Shown here: positions 49,019 to 58,401 of the stretch, piece by piece
How the letters are laid out: the number at the start of each line of letters is the position of its first letter
How positions within the stretch are numbered: position 1 is the first letter of the stretch
Source of the DNA: a virus
Lineage: Duplodnaviria > Heunggongvirae > Uroviricota > Caudoviricetes
Virus record (IMG/VR): IMGVR_UViG_3300037400_006466
Coordinates: 44,098-108,097 of that record
Length of the DNA stretch: 64,000 nucleotides
Direction: 5' to 3' (one strand)
The notes under the pieces: model-generated
Seen by the model: the letters and a program-made list of their open reading frames with translations, nothing else
Database searches by the model: none
What the model was told of the DNA's origin: nothing
Position numbers and translations under genes: made by a program

Positions 49019-50203
49019 TTATACTGTTCTTCTCATAATAGGCTGTGGTTCAGATTCCTGAATCCTTTGAACTTCTCTGGTCTGAGTAGGGGTGACCTGT
49101 GTTGTTCCTGGCTTGAAGCTGACATCCTGATAGTAACATGAGATTGCTCCAAGAAGGTCTGAGGTCCTCACAAAGGGCTTGCAGAGCTGAGGATGGAGTG
49201 TGAGACAGTAGAACAGGCTCTCAAGGTTAGGACAGCTGGCTATTGACTTCAATCTTTCCTCATGTCCGTCATCGCAGGCCACTCTGGTCACCTTGTATAT
49301 CATGGCCTCTGACAGCATCACATATGAGTAATTGAGGAAATGATCTACCTCATCACCAGTCTTGAGCCATATGAGCTTCCTAAGGATTGTCTCATCCTTT
49401 GTCTTGGCGAGAAGTCCGTCAAGGACCTGCCATAAGGCTGCATCATCAAGGACCTGGAGAAGGTCAGATATCTCATTGGATGTCCAGGCCTCGCTCATGA
49501 GACATTTCTCAAGATACTGGACTGCGCTTCTCATTGAACCCAAGGAGGCCTCTGCGATTGTCTTGAGTCCTTCAAGGAAGAATGACTGAGGAATCTTGTC
49601 TGAACCCCACAGTCCTTCCTTTTCAAGGATATCCTTGAGGCCCATCATTATAGGCATGATATCCAGTGAGTTTATCTTGTATGTCTGACATCTTGACTTG
49701 ATTGCCGCAGGGATTCCCTTCTTGTCCAACATGGACAGCAGTATGAAGTGATTCCACGGATGAGGGTCCTCAAGTGTCTTAAGAAGGGCATTGATTGATG
49801 CTCCTGAGAGCTGGTCACACTCCTCGATTATTATCACTCTTTCTTTGGTGTAGAGGGGTCTCTTGTTAAGGTCAGCCAGAATCTCCACCATGTCGTTCTT
49901 TCCAGAGAACAGTCCTCCGTCAAGTCTTATGACACTTCCTGTGAAGGTCTCATCAAGGATGGCCTTGCATTCTGGATTGCTCCAGTCAGGATTTCCATCT
50001 TTGTCATGAGCCATTATGGCTGCTGCATATATCTGTGCGAGTGTGGTCTTACCACATCCATAAGGTCCTTCAAGGATTATTGCCTTTCCGTAGTTGTTCT
50101 CAAGGATTCTTTTCCTGAGGGCTTTCACTGTTTTGTCTTGCCCTCTCACATCCTCCCATGTCTTGGGACGGTACTTTATTGAATATTGATTGGTTATCTC
50201 CAT
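49019..50203 (-). CDS. dnaX: Clamp loader ATPase, DNA polymerase III gamma/tau-like
   Basis: KYRPKTWEDVRGQ, GPYGCGKTT, NALLKTLEDP, IKSRC, GSMRSA. Confidence 0.9.
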   Translation of the reverse strand: MEITNQYSIKYRPKTWEDVRGQDKTVKALRKRILENNYGKAIILEGPYGCGKTTLAQIYAAAIMAHDKDGNPDWSNPECKAILDETFTGSVIRLDGGLFSGKNDMVEILADLNKRPLYTKERVIIIEECDQLSGASINALLKTLEDPHPWNHFILLSMLDKKGIPAAIKSRCQTYKINSLDIMPIMMGLKDILEKEGLWGSDKIPQSFFLEGLKTIAEASLGSMRSAVQYLEKCLMSEAWTSNEISDLLQVLDDAALWQVLDGLLAKTKDETILRKLIWLKTGDEVDHFLNYSYVMLSEAMIYKVTRVACDDGHEERLKSIASCPNLESLFYCLTLHPQLCKPFVRTSDLLGAISCYYQDVSFKPGTTQVTPTQTREVQRIQESEPQPIMRRTV

Positions 50204-50239
50204 ACACTTAATATAAACTAAGAATTGACTAATTCACTT

Positions 50240-51025
50240 ATGACCAATATTATATATGATGTATTTTTGAAAAAGTTTTTTGAAGGTGCTGATAAAATAG
50301 ATTTAACTATTTCTAATACTCTTAAGATTGCTCTATTGAAATCTTCTTATGTACCAGTTGCTAATGGAAAAATAACTTATTATCAGTTAGCTTCAGCAGA
50401 TAAGGAATGCAAAGATTGCTATGATATTTACGATGATAATCCATCAAAAGGATATAAAAAAGGCGGAAAACCTATAACTCTTAAGAAAAGGGAAAGGGAG
50501 TTAGATACAGAAGAGACAGGTAAAACATCCTTTTATTGTGATGAATCCGTTTATTGGAGTAGCGTAAGTCTTTATGGAGAGAATGCCGTAGGAAGTGCCC
50601 TTATATATAGAGTATCAGACGGACTCCCTATCTGTTGCTTCAAATTCGATATTCCTAAGGAAGTGGGTAATGAAACCAGTCAGGATAATCTTGAATTAAG
50701 ATGGGATTTTATAGATATAATGTCTATACAGACAGATATTCCTATAATTAAGGGTCTTGATAGTGAACTGGATGAAAATAGTGAAAATCCGGTTCAGAAT
50801 AGCACTATAACAAGAGCTCTAAATGGAAAGATAAGTAGACTCTATGATGTAATTGAAAAATATGGAATCAGACTCAATGGGGAGTTCACTCCTACTGAAG
50901 ATGATGATAATCCAGACGGAGATACCGGATTATCAGAAAACAATGTTGATGCTCTCAATAGAATTGATGATACCTTTATAGATTCTTTTTTTCCAAATGG
51001 TGATGCAGGGGATGACAATACATGA
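50240..51025 (+). CDS. Putative tail/virion structural protein
   Basis: LKIALLKSSYVP...GYKKGGK...VYW...ALIY domain plus the SENPVQN motif typical of tail-fibre-associated proteins; ACTAATT 5 nt before ATG 50240. Confidence 0.55.
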   Translation: MTNIIYDVFLKKFFEGADKIDLTISNTLKIALLKSSYVPVANGKITYYQLASADKECKDCYDIYDDNPSKGYKKGGKPITLKKRERELDTEETGKTSFYCDESVYWSSVSLYGENAVGSALIYRVSDGLPICCFKFDIPKEVGNETSQDNLELRWDFIDIMSIQTDIPIIKGLDSELDENSENPVQNSTITRALNGKISRLYDVIEKYGIRLNGEFTPTEDDDNPDGDTGLSENNVDALNRIDDTFIDSFFPNGDAGDDNT

Positions 51026-51675
51026 TAATAGATATGCATACTGCCTATAGTTATGTTTCTAAAACTGAGCTTGCTAATATAGAAGCAGTAATACATAAGA
51101 ACTCCTCTCAATTAGAAGGTGATAGTGATAGGATATATAGAAGGACTGATTTTCAGGCAAGACTTGGAAGGAAGCTTGATAACATAAGGAAAAGAGTCCT
51201 TGACAACAACATCAGGCTGTCCGCTCATCCCACAGATATGCTCAGAATAGCAGTACAGAGGGATGACCGTTCCCATGACCTCATTTCAAGGACAATAGAA
51301 TCCACTGAGATAATGCCCATAATCCTTCCCAAGATGGAGGATATACCTTTAAGACATCTTATAAGGGAGGGTAAGGATATCCTCATTCCATCCATGTATC
51401 CTATTCAGCAAGAAGAATACTTTGAGGTGTATGCTCCTGTCCAATGTGATTTACATGAGGATGACCTTTTGGTGAGGATTCTCTATGATTCCTCTCCTGA
51501 CATAAACAATCCTTATGTTATGGTATTTCAAGTAAAAGATATTTTAGGTACATTTTCTTATTCTTCTCTTCTTCATAAGAAATGTGTTTGTACCCTATAT
51601 GATGAGGCATTACCCCCAAGGATTGTTCAATTAATAAAAGCTTCTATACTCAAAAGAGAAGCATTAGATTGGTAA
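51022..51675 (+). CDS. Hypothetical late protein
   Basis: ATGA overlap with the upstream gene; 217 aa. Confidence 0.65.
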   Translation: MIIDMHTAYSYVSKTELANIEAVIHKNSSQLEGDSDRIYRRTDFQARLGRKLDNIRKRVLDNNIRLSAHPTDMLRIAVQRDDRSHDLISRTIESTEIMPIILPKMEDIPLRHLIREGKDILIPSMYPIQQEEYFEVYAPVQCDLHEDDLLVRILYDSSPDINNPYVMVFQVKDILGTFSYSSLLHKKCVCTLYDEALPPRIVQLIKASILKREALDW

Positions 51676-51676
51676 A

Positions 51677-52468
51677 TTATATTCTTCCTTTCTTATATCC
51701 TTCAGGGCACTCTTTAAGTAATACATTTTTTATACCATCATTATACCAATGATATCCCTTATTAGTTTTATTATTAGGGCACTTTTTACCTTTATTCCAA
51801 GGAGTTATGCCTTTTAACTTTTGACTTATTTTTTCTTTAGTATCTTCTGATAGGTGTTTACCGTAATTATAATTATTTTCACCTTTTTTAATTTCACTTA
51901 AGTGATTTTTTGCTTCTTCAGTTAGATGTGTTCCATACAAAGGACTATTTTTCCCACTATTGGCTTTTCTAAGTTTTTCTTTAGTCTCTTCTGTGTGGTG
52001 TTTTCCATACATGGGGTGTTTTTCTCCACTCAATTTTTCACTCATTTTTCTTTTTGTTTCTTCTGTTAAGTGTTTTCCCCACATATGTCCTTTTTCACCT
52101 TTCTGAGTTTCACTTATTTTCTTTTTAGTTTCTTCAGTATGTTTATAATGTCCTTTTATACCAGATAACTCTGTATTGTAACCTTTTTCTCTATTTGTTG
52201 CATCATATTCTCTTATGAGTTTTTCTTCAAGAAGAAGAGCTTCTTCTTCTGTTAGATTATCTGCTATGATTTCATGAGTAAAATTGTCCCAGCCATATTT
52301 TTGAATAGCTGAATAAAAATGGGGATGGTGAGATTCACTGTATCCATACCCATTTTTCCATCTTTTTTGGGTAGAATTTCCAGTGATTCCTATATAAACT
52401 TTATTATTGATTTTATTTGTGTGCTTATAGACGATGAAATTGTGATTTATACTAATAGTAGTATCCAT
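51677..52468 (-). CDS. Free-standing GIY-YIG homing endonuclease with NUMOD3 repeats
   Basis: IVYKHTNKINNKVYIGIT...RW...GYN; five HxTEETK-type repeats; AT-rich. Confidence 0.92.
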   Translation of the reverse strand: MDTTISINHNFIVYKHTNKINNKVYIGITGNSTQKRWKNGYGYSESHHPHFYSAIQKYGWDNFTHEIIADNLTEEEALLLEEKLIREYDATNREKGYNTELSGIKGHYKHTEETKKKISETQKGEKGHMWGKHLTEETKRKMSEKLSGEKHPMYGKHHTEETKEKLRKANSGKNSPLYGTHLTEEAKNHLSEIKKGENNYNYGKHLSEDTKEKISQKLKGITPWNKGKKCPNNKTNKGYHWYNDGIKNVLLKECPEGYKKGRI

Positions 52469-52499
52469 ATTAAGTACCTCTTTTACTTGATGTGGTTAG

Positions 52500-52545
52500 G
52501 ACAATAACAGATTTCCCAGATTTGTTATTGTCTGTTTTTTTTTTA
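52500..52545 (+). terminator. Plus-strand terminator separated from its gene by the endonuclease
   Basis: GACAATAACAGAT-TTCCCAG-ATTTGTTATTGTC followed by a long T-run. Confidence 0.7.
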
Positions 52546-52592
52546 ACTATTTATTTAGTTAAATAGGGTGATTTACCTTTTATATTAAAGGT

Positions 52593-53159
52593 ATGATGAG
52601 AATGGTAGCTACGCCCGAGCAGGCACCCGATATCCCGGAGGTGTCAGTATCAGATACAACTGCAGAGAGCAGACTCCTTGAATATGTGGAGAAGCAGATA
52701 GACAGAATGAGGAAGTATATGTCCTTTTCAGAAGGACAGCCTTCCTTCTTTGAGTTGAACTCAGCACTGAGTGAATACGGTAATATGAACTGCAGCCTTA
52801 TCTCCCTTGATGTTCTGGCCAAATCTGAGTATCAGAAGGCCAAGAATGATTATGAGGAGTTTGTGGCTGAGAAATACACCATAGTCCGTAGAGAGAACAA
52901 TCTTCAGTCTCTTTCAGCTCAGAAATGGCTCTCAACTCAGGAGATAATGTATCTTGTCCAGAGTGATTCCAGATGGGTTGATGAGTACAGAAGATTGAGG
53001 GATGAGATGAACGCTGCAGAGAAGAAGGTGGCCTTTTGCAGAAGGATGCTTGATAACCTTGAATCCTTCAAATATAATTTGGGTGTTCTTTCAAAGAATG
53101 TCCAGGCAGAAGTGATGAATTTAAGCGGGGCCCGTTATTTGGGGCTTGAACAGAATTGA
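52593..53159 (+). CDS. UvsY-like recombination mediator
   Basis: All-helical; YEEFVAEKY...STQEIMYLVQSD...AEKKVAFCRRMLDNLESFKYNL; UvsX and gp32-like genes nearby. Confidence 0.6.
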   Translation: MMRMVATPEQAPDIPEVSVSDTTAESRLLEYVEKQIDRMRKYMSFSEGQPSFFELNSALSEYGNMNCSLISLDVLAKSEYQKAKNDYEEFVAEKYTIVRRENNLQSLSAQKWLSTQEIMYLVQSDSRWVDEYRRLRDEMNAAEKKVAFCRRMLDNLESFKYNLGVLSKNVQAEVMNLSGARYLGLEQN

Positions 53160-53193
53160 ATAAATTATTAAAAAAATAATGGAGAATGATTAA

Positions 53194-54822
53194 ATGGCAA
53201 AGAATGTTGTTTTTTCAGATGAAATGAGAAAGACCGTGTATGAGGGTGCTCATAAGGTCGCCAAGGTGGTAGCTTCCACCATAGGTCCGTCAGGAAGAAC
53301 GGTTCTCATTGATGGAGGATACAGTCCTCTGATTTCAAGGGATGGAGTCACAGTAGCCAAGAACATTGACCTGGCTGACCCCATTGAGAATCTAGGGGCT
53401 TCACTGATGAAGAACATCAGCTCCAATACAGACCAGGATGCAGGAGATGGAACATCAACTGCCACAGTCATCGCGGATGCGATTCTTTCAGAAGGTCTTA
53501 AAGTAGTCAATAACGGAGTCAATCCCATTCAGGTCAAGAGGGGAATTGATGCCGCGGTCAAGGATATTGTCAGTGATCTTAAGGACATGACAGTAGAGGT
53601 GGAGACCGAGGAACAGATTGCCCAGGTCGCTGCCATTTCAGCCAATAATGATCAGGAGTTGGGTAAACTCATCGCTGATTCTATCTCCAAGGTGGGAACA
53701 GCAGGAGTTGTCACCACTGCTGAGTCCAATACAGGTGCTACCTTCATGGACTTTGTGGAGGGTATGGCATTTGACAGAGGTTATCTCTCACCCTATTTCT
53801 CAACAGACAGAGATAATCTGACAGTTGAGTACAACAATCCTTACATCCTTATCACAGACAAGTCAATAGGAAACATCCAGACAATCCTTCCTATCCTTGA
53901 TGCAATTTCAAGAGAGGGAAGACCTCTTCTTATCATTGCTGATGAGATTGAGAATGAGGTACTCAGTGCCCTCATCGTCAACTCCCTCAGAGGTGTAATC
54001 AAGGTCTGTGCAGTCAAGTCCCCTGGATTCGGTGACAGAAAGAAGGATATGATGCAGGATATCGCTATCCTCACCGGTGGTCAGCTCATCACAGAGGACC
54101 TTGGACTTAGACTGGAGACATCCACTCTTGCAGACCTTGGACAGGCAGTATCAGTCAAGGTGACCAAGGACAACACCACAATCATCGGTGGTCAGGGTGA
54201 ATCCAAGAATATTGAGGCAAGAGTCAAGCAGATACAGAAGCAGATTGATGAGACCACTTCTGATTATGACCGTGAGAAGCTTCAGGAGAGACTTGCAAGA
54301 CTTGCAGGTGGTGTGGCTGTAATCAAGGTCGGTGATGTGTCAGAGACAGCCCTCAAGGAGAAGAAGTTCAGAATTGAGGATGCTCTCAATGCCACAAGAG
54401 CTGCCATTTCTGAGGGTATCATTCCTGGTGGTGGAACAGCTCTCTGTCAGATTTCCAAGAAGAGAAGCACTCATGAGACTCCCAAGACAGAAGGACCTGG
54501 ATATGATATCGGTTATGATATTGTGGTCAATGCCATTCAGGAGCCTATCAAGCAGATTGCCGAAAACGCCGGTGTAAGTGGAGAGGTTGTGGCTGATAGA
54601 GTCAAGAATCTTGATGCTGGAATCGGATACAATGCACTTACCGGTGAGTATGTCGATATGATTAAGGCAGGAGTTGTTGATCCTGTTAAGGTCACAAGAC
54701 TTGCCCTTCAGAATGCTGCTTCTGTTGCCTCACTTATCATCACATCATCAGCAAGCATCACAACCATCCCTGAGAAGAATCCTCCCGCAGCTGACGGGGA
54801 AATGGTTCCTATAGGAATGTAA
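53194..54822 (+). CDS. groL: Chaperonin GroEL
   Basis: DGVTVAK, AGDGTSTA, FDRGYLSPYF, KLQERLARLAGGVAVI, EDALNATRAA, VVDPVKVTRLALQNAASVA. Confidence 0.97.
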   Translation: MAKNVVFSDEMRKTVYEGAHKVAKVVASTIGPSGRTVLIDGGYSPLISRDGVTVAKNIDLADPIENLGASLMKNISSNTDQDAGDGTSTATVIADAILSEGLKVVNNGVNPIQVKRGIDAAVKDIVSDLKDMTVEVETEEQIAQVAAISANNDQELGKLIADSISKVGTAGVVTTAESNTGATFMDFVEGMAFDRGYLSPYFSTDRDNLTVEYNNPYILITDKSIGNIQTILPILDAISREGRPLLIIADEIENEVLSALIVNSLRGVIKVCAVKSPGFGDRKKDMMQDIAILTGGQLITEDLGLRLETSTLADLGQAVSVKVTKDNTTIIGGQGESKNIEARVKQIQKQIDETTSDYDREKLQERLARLAGGVAVIKVGDVSETALKEKKFRIEDALNATRAAISEGIIPGGGTALCQISKKRSTHETPKTEGPGYDIGYDIVVNAIQEPIKQIAENAGVSGEVVADRVKNLDAGIGYNALTGEYVDMIKAGVVDPVKVTRLALQNAASVASLIITSSASITTIPEKNPPAADGEMVPIGM

Positions 54823-54829
54823 AAAGAGA

Positions 54830-54858
54830 CAGGGCTTCTTAGGAAGCCCTATTTTTTT
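54830..54858 (+). terminator. Terminator after groL
   Basis: AGGGCTTC-TTAG-GAAGCCCT-ATTTTTTT. Confidence 0.85.
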
Positions 54859-54901
54859 AACTAATTGCCTATACAATAAAAACAAAAGGGAATATATCCG
54901 T

Positions 54902-55279
54902 ATGAATAAGAAGACATGGAAAAACAATAACCTCATCAAGATGAATGAGGATGTGGATGTGAAATCAGGTAATTTTGAGACCTATAAGGATGTGATATTC
55001 GATTATATCCAGGATAAGGTAATGTACAGTGATGCCATGGAAAGCATTCTCACCATATTGGCTACATTGGCCACATATACAATAGATAATTACGGGAATT
55101 ATGACCTCACTGATGATGAAGTCGTTCAGTTCGTGGAGGATGGAGGATACGGTAAGATGATAGACAGATACCTCAATAATCTTTCTTATGAGGTAGAAAG
55201 GGAAGCTGACCGTTGCGGATATAAGAGCCCTTATATGCAGGGTCCCATCCGTGATTATAAGCCTACTGATATGGATTGA
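54902..55279 (+). CDS. Hypothetical protein with conserved KKxWK leader (putative internal head protein)
   Basis: Starts MNKKTWKNNNLIKMNE; ACTAATT at 54860. Confidence 0.7.
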   Translation: MNKKTWKNNNLIKMNEDVDVKSGNFETYKDVIFDYIQDKVMYSDAMESILTILATLATYTIDNYGNYDLTDDEVVQFVEDGGYGKMIDRYLNNLSYEVEREADRCGYKSPYMQGPIRDYKPTDMD

Positions 55280-55315
55280 AAAATATAAGAAATCAGATAA
55301 AAAAATCACCCGCTC

Positions 55316-55783
55316 TCATTGAGCGGGTTTTCTTATCTTCCATAGACTGCTGAATTCGTTTTGGCCTTCTATCTTGACTCTATCTGTCTTTGGGTCATAG
55401 GAATACTTGTCATTGAAGTTGTCATAACATTCATCATTCAAGGCATTACCCAAGTGAAGATTATACTTCGGTACCCCAAGTTTACCAAGCCTTTCCCTTG
55501 CCAATTCCAGGATATCAGGGTCTAACTCTATGCCATAACACTTGTTGGGGTCTGCTCCAGCTAAAATACAGGCTGCCAACAGACCTCCACAACCACAGGT
55601 GGGGTCTATTGTTGTACCTTTTAAGTTATCAAAACCTTCAATGAGTTGAATAGTAAGTTCTGGTGGAGTAAAGAACTGACCGAATTCCTGTCTTTCCTTT
55701 TTATTTTTTCCAGCATATTGGACTTCCATCCAGTCATTGAATTCCTTTATGATTTTGTCTTTAATTTCTTGTGTTAATTTCAT
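55316..55783 (-). CDS. N6-adenine methyltransferase SAM-binding half
   Basis: FGQFFTP, IDPTCGCGGLL, YGIELD, GNAL; no NPPY. Confidence 0.8.
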   Translation of the reverse strand: MKLTQEIKDKIIKEFNDWMEVQYAGKNKKERQEFGQFFTPPELTIQLIEGFDNLKGTTIDPTCGCGGLLAACILAGADPNKCYGIELDPDILELARERLGKLGVPKYNLHLGNALNDECYDNFNDKYSYDPKTDRVKIEGQNEFSSLWKIRKPAQ

Positions 55784-55788
55784 TTATC

Positions 55789-57195
55789 TTACCACACAAA
55801 CTTGGAATAAAGAGACTTGGGAATGATTGTTTCTGAATTGGAATAACAGACAGAAATGCTTTCAGGGCTTGTCTCACAAATAGTATAAACCAGATTGAGT
55901 CTATCCAAATCAAATTTTCCGTTGTCAAGACAATACTGGAACATCTTAGGGGTAATTCTTGTCAGCTTTTCAAAGTCTTCTCCGTAGGCTCTGACAGCTT
56001 CAACAAAGTCCTTCATTCCATAGCACTCATAGGTCATTTTAATGAAGGTCTGGATTCTTCCACCAAGAGAAATCATAGAGGTTTTGTCTTCCTTATTATT
56101 GGTCTTGTTTTTCTTTCCCTTGGCTTTAGGCCCTCTCTTAACTCCTGTGAGTTCAGGCTCTTCCTCTCCAGTTTCTTCTTCTCTATTAAATATTCCAACC
56201 TCTATACTGGAGTTCTTTCTCACCTTCAGGTTGAAGCTTCCATCCAACTCAATTCCAAAGGCATTGAAATCATCAATAGAAATATTGCAATACTCATCAA
56301 TTCTCTTTCCTGAAACAATATCTCTTTTAATTTCAGACATAATTTCATTCCAAGCACTATTGACATCAATGAGCTTGGTTTCTGTTCCATCCATAATAGA
56401 GAGATTGATAATCTTTGTCCAATCAATGAGACTATTCTTTACGGACTTATTCTTTCTCTTGGCATCATAACTTGCAGCAAAATAAGTAGCTTTGAGTGCA
56501 ACATCCTTGCTATTGAAATAGACATAAACATTATTCTTACCATCATATGACCTTAGAAGTCTCCCTGCTGACTGGAAGATTCTAATCGGTGAATAAGTAT
56601 CAAGCTCAAATACAAGCTTAGTAAGCTTAGGAATGGAAATTCCAGTTGTTCCTGACCCACAAGTAATAAGAAGAAAATTTTTGTCAGTAGTGTTGGTCTG
56701 AATGATATTCATCCATCTGTTTGTATCAGTGGGTGAGTGGAGCTGACCAATTTCCCAGTTGTTCTCTACCTTGGTAATCTTGGTGAGATTTCTGAATGCC
56801 TTTTCATAGTTATCACATCCATTTTTCTCACCAAGAAATACCATAATACACTGACCCTTGGCAAAGGGTGAAAAATCATATACAGGAATCTGGTTGGGAA
56901 CAAATCCCATCTTATTCTTGAGGGTGATTTCATTTGAACGCTTAAGGAAAGCTGACTCAGCTGAATCCATAAAAATCTTGTTCATCTGAGCAGTCAGATT
57001 ATTAGGATTACTCCAGAAAGCTGTTTGACTATACTGGTTAATCCCCTCATCTGTATACGATTTAATCAGGTCATAATCTCTCTGAGCGACTAGAAAACTT
57101 ATTCTGGGGAGTCTTTTGAAGTAATAATTATCTGAGTTCTGAATAGCCTCATCTGAAATATTCCTTCTAAAATCAAGATTAGGATTGAATGACAT
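55789..57195 (-). CDS. SF2 helicase C-terminal lobe protein of an R-M-like locus
   Basis: TTGISIP (motif V), FQSAGRLLR (motif VI); own promoter TTGACA-17-TATAAT at 57222-57250. Confidence 0.7.
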   Translation of the reverse strand: MSFNPNLDFRRNISDEAIQNSDNYYFKRLPRISFLVAQRDYDLIKSYTDEGINQYSQTAFWSNPNNLTAQMNKIFMDSAESAFLKRSNEITLKNKMGFVPNQIPVYDFSPFAKGQCIMVFLGEKNGCDNYEKAFRNLTKITKVENNWEIGQLHSPTDTNRWMNIIQTNTTDKNFLLITCGSGTTGISIPKLTKLVFELDTYSPIRIFQSAGRLLRSYDGKNNVYVYFNSKDVALKATYFAASYDAKRKNKSVKNSLIDWTKIINLSIMDGTETKLIDVNSAWNEIMSEIKRDIVSGKRIDEYCNISIDDFNAFGIELDGSFNLKVRKNSSIEVGIFNREEETGEEEPELTGVKRGPKAKGKKNKTNNKEDKTSMISLGGRIQTFIKMTYECYGMKDFVEAVRAYGEDFEKLTRITPKMFQYCLDNGKFDLDRLNLVYTICETSPESISVCYSNSETIIPKSLYSKFVW

Positions 57196-57259
57196 ACTTT
57201 TTATCTCCTCTAACTATCTTAATTATAGAGTATTTATGAGGTTTTGTCAATAGGAATAA

Positions 57260-58342
57260 TCATTTTTCTTTCTTAGGTTTGGCTTTTAGTCCATAGGGTT
57301 TCATTTCATCAGAGATATAATCAATGACATTCTGTTTGGAGAAATCTGAAATAGAAGAAATCCTTTCAGCAAGGTCATTGATGTCTATCCTATAAGGAAC
57401 ATAATTTACATAGTTTAGGAGCTTATTATGCTTCTTATAGAGGAAAAGAGGGAACATAGCAATATCAGTGTCAAGATATCTTCTATAGTCCTCAGCATCC
57501 TTCAGGGAATCAAATCCAATTCCGCAATGCCATGAGCTGTTAGGTTTTCCTTTTTCAACTCCCTGATATTCAGGACAAAATGTATAGAAATCCCATTTCT
57601 GAATACTTGACTTTTTATCTCTATTTCCTCTTACTGCGGGAATTCCAACATAATACTTATTTTTATCTGGGGTAAATTTGGGATTAGGTACATATACGGA
57701 TTCCTTTTTAATTTCGCCATTTACCTCAACCTCAAGGGTCTTTTGTACTTTGAAATATTCAAATTTATCTGACAATTTTTCCATTTTAGAAAACTCATTA
57801 TGAATGAGTTTGGCCAATTCTGGATTAGATGTTCCTTCAAAAAGAAGTGTTTTCCAATAATCTGATTTTTCACCTCTCTTAAAATGAAATATTGCAACCT
57901 CAGAAGCAAATGATGCATCAAAATTATTTTCTCTGAGAGGTTCAACATCTACTATTTGTTCTTTAAGTTCGATAAATTTATTAATGTAAGCAAAGGATTT
58001 TACAAAAGTGGAAGGAGCTATTATTTTAGCTTCTTCTGAGGTAGCAACCATATGCTCAAGGATTTTAGCTACAGTTTCAGCACTTCCACTAAAAGGAGGG
58101 TTTCCAGCACATCTATTCATAATTGTGTTATCATCTTCCTTATCAAGTCTTATGTCTATATTTTTATTATAAAATTCAGGAGTATCCTTTTTTGAGAAAT
58201 AGTATTTTTCAATTATAATTTTTTCATCTTTAGAATAGGCAATATACCTAATATAATTAGTCTTAGGATAAGAATTTATCATTCCTTCAAGGAACTCCCA
58301 TCCACCAAAGACCTTTATACTTCTAACTTCATCGGTACTCAT
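57260..58342 (-). CDS. Methyltransferase catalytic (NPPF) plus target-recognition-like protein
   Basis: GNPPF, IIAP, C-terminal FDS..DAE..RRYLDT as in Eco57I/type IIG-like enzymes; own promoter at 58368-58396. Confidence 0.7.
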   Translation of the reverse strand: MSTDEVRSIKVFGGWEFLEGMINSYPKTNYIRYIAYSKDEKIIIEKYYFSKKDTPEFYNKNIDIRLDKEDDNTIMNRCAGNPPFSGSAETVAKILEHMVATSEEAKIIAPSTFVKSFAYINKFIELKEQIVDVEPLRENNFDASFASEVAIFHFKRGEKSDYWKTLLFEGTSNPELAKLIHNEFSKMEKLSDKFEYFKVQKTLEVEVNGEIKKESVYVPNPKFTPDKNKYYVGIPAVRGNRDKKSSIQKWDFYTFCPEYQGVEKGKPNSSWHCGIGFDSLKDAEDYRRYLDTDIAMFPLFLYKKHNKLLNYVNYVPYRIDINDLAERISSISDFSKQNVIDYISDEMKPYGLKAKPKKEK

Positions 58343-58401
58343 ATCCTATCTCCTTACTTACATATAGAGTATAACATAGATATGGGTTATTGTCAATAGT
58401 C

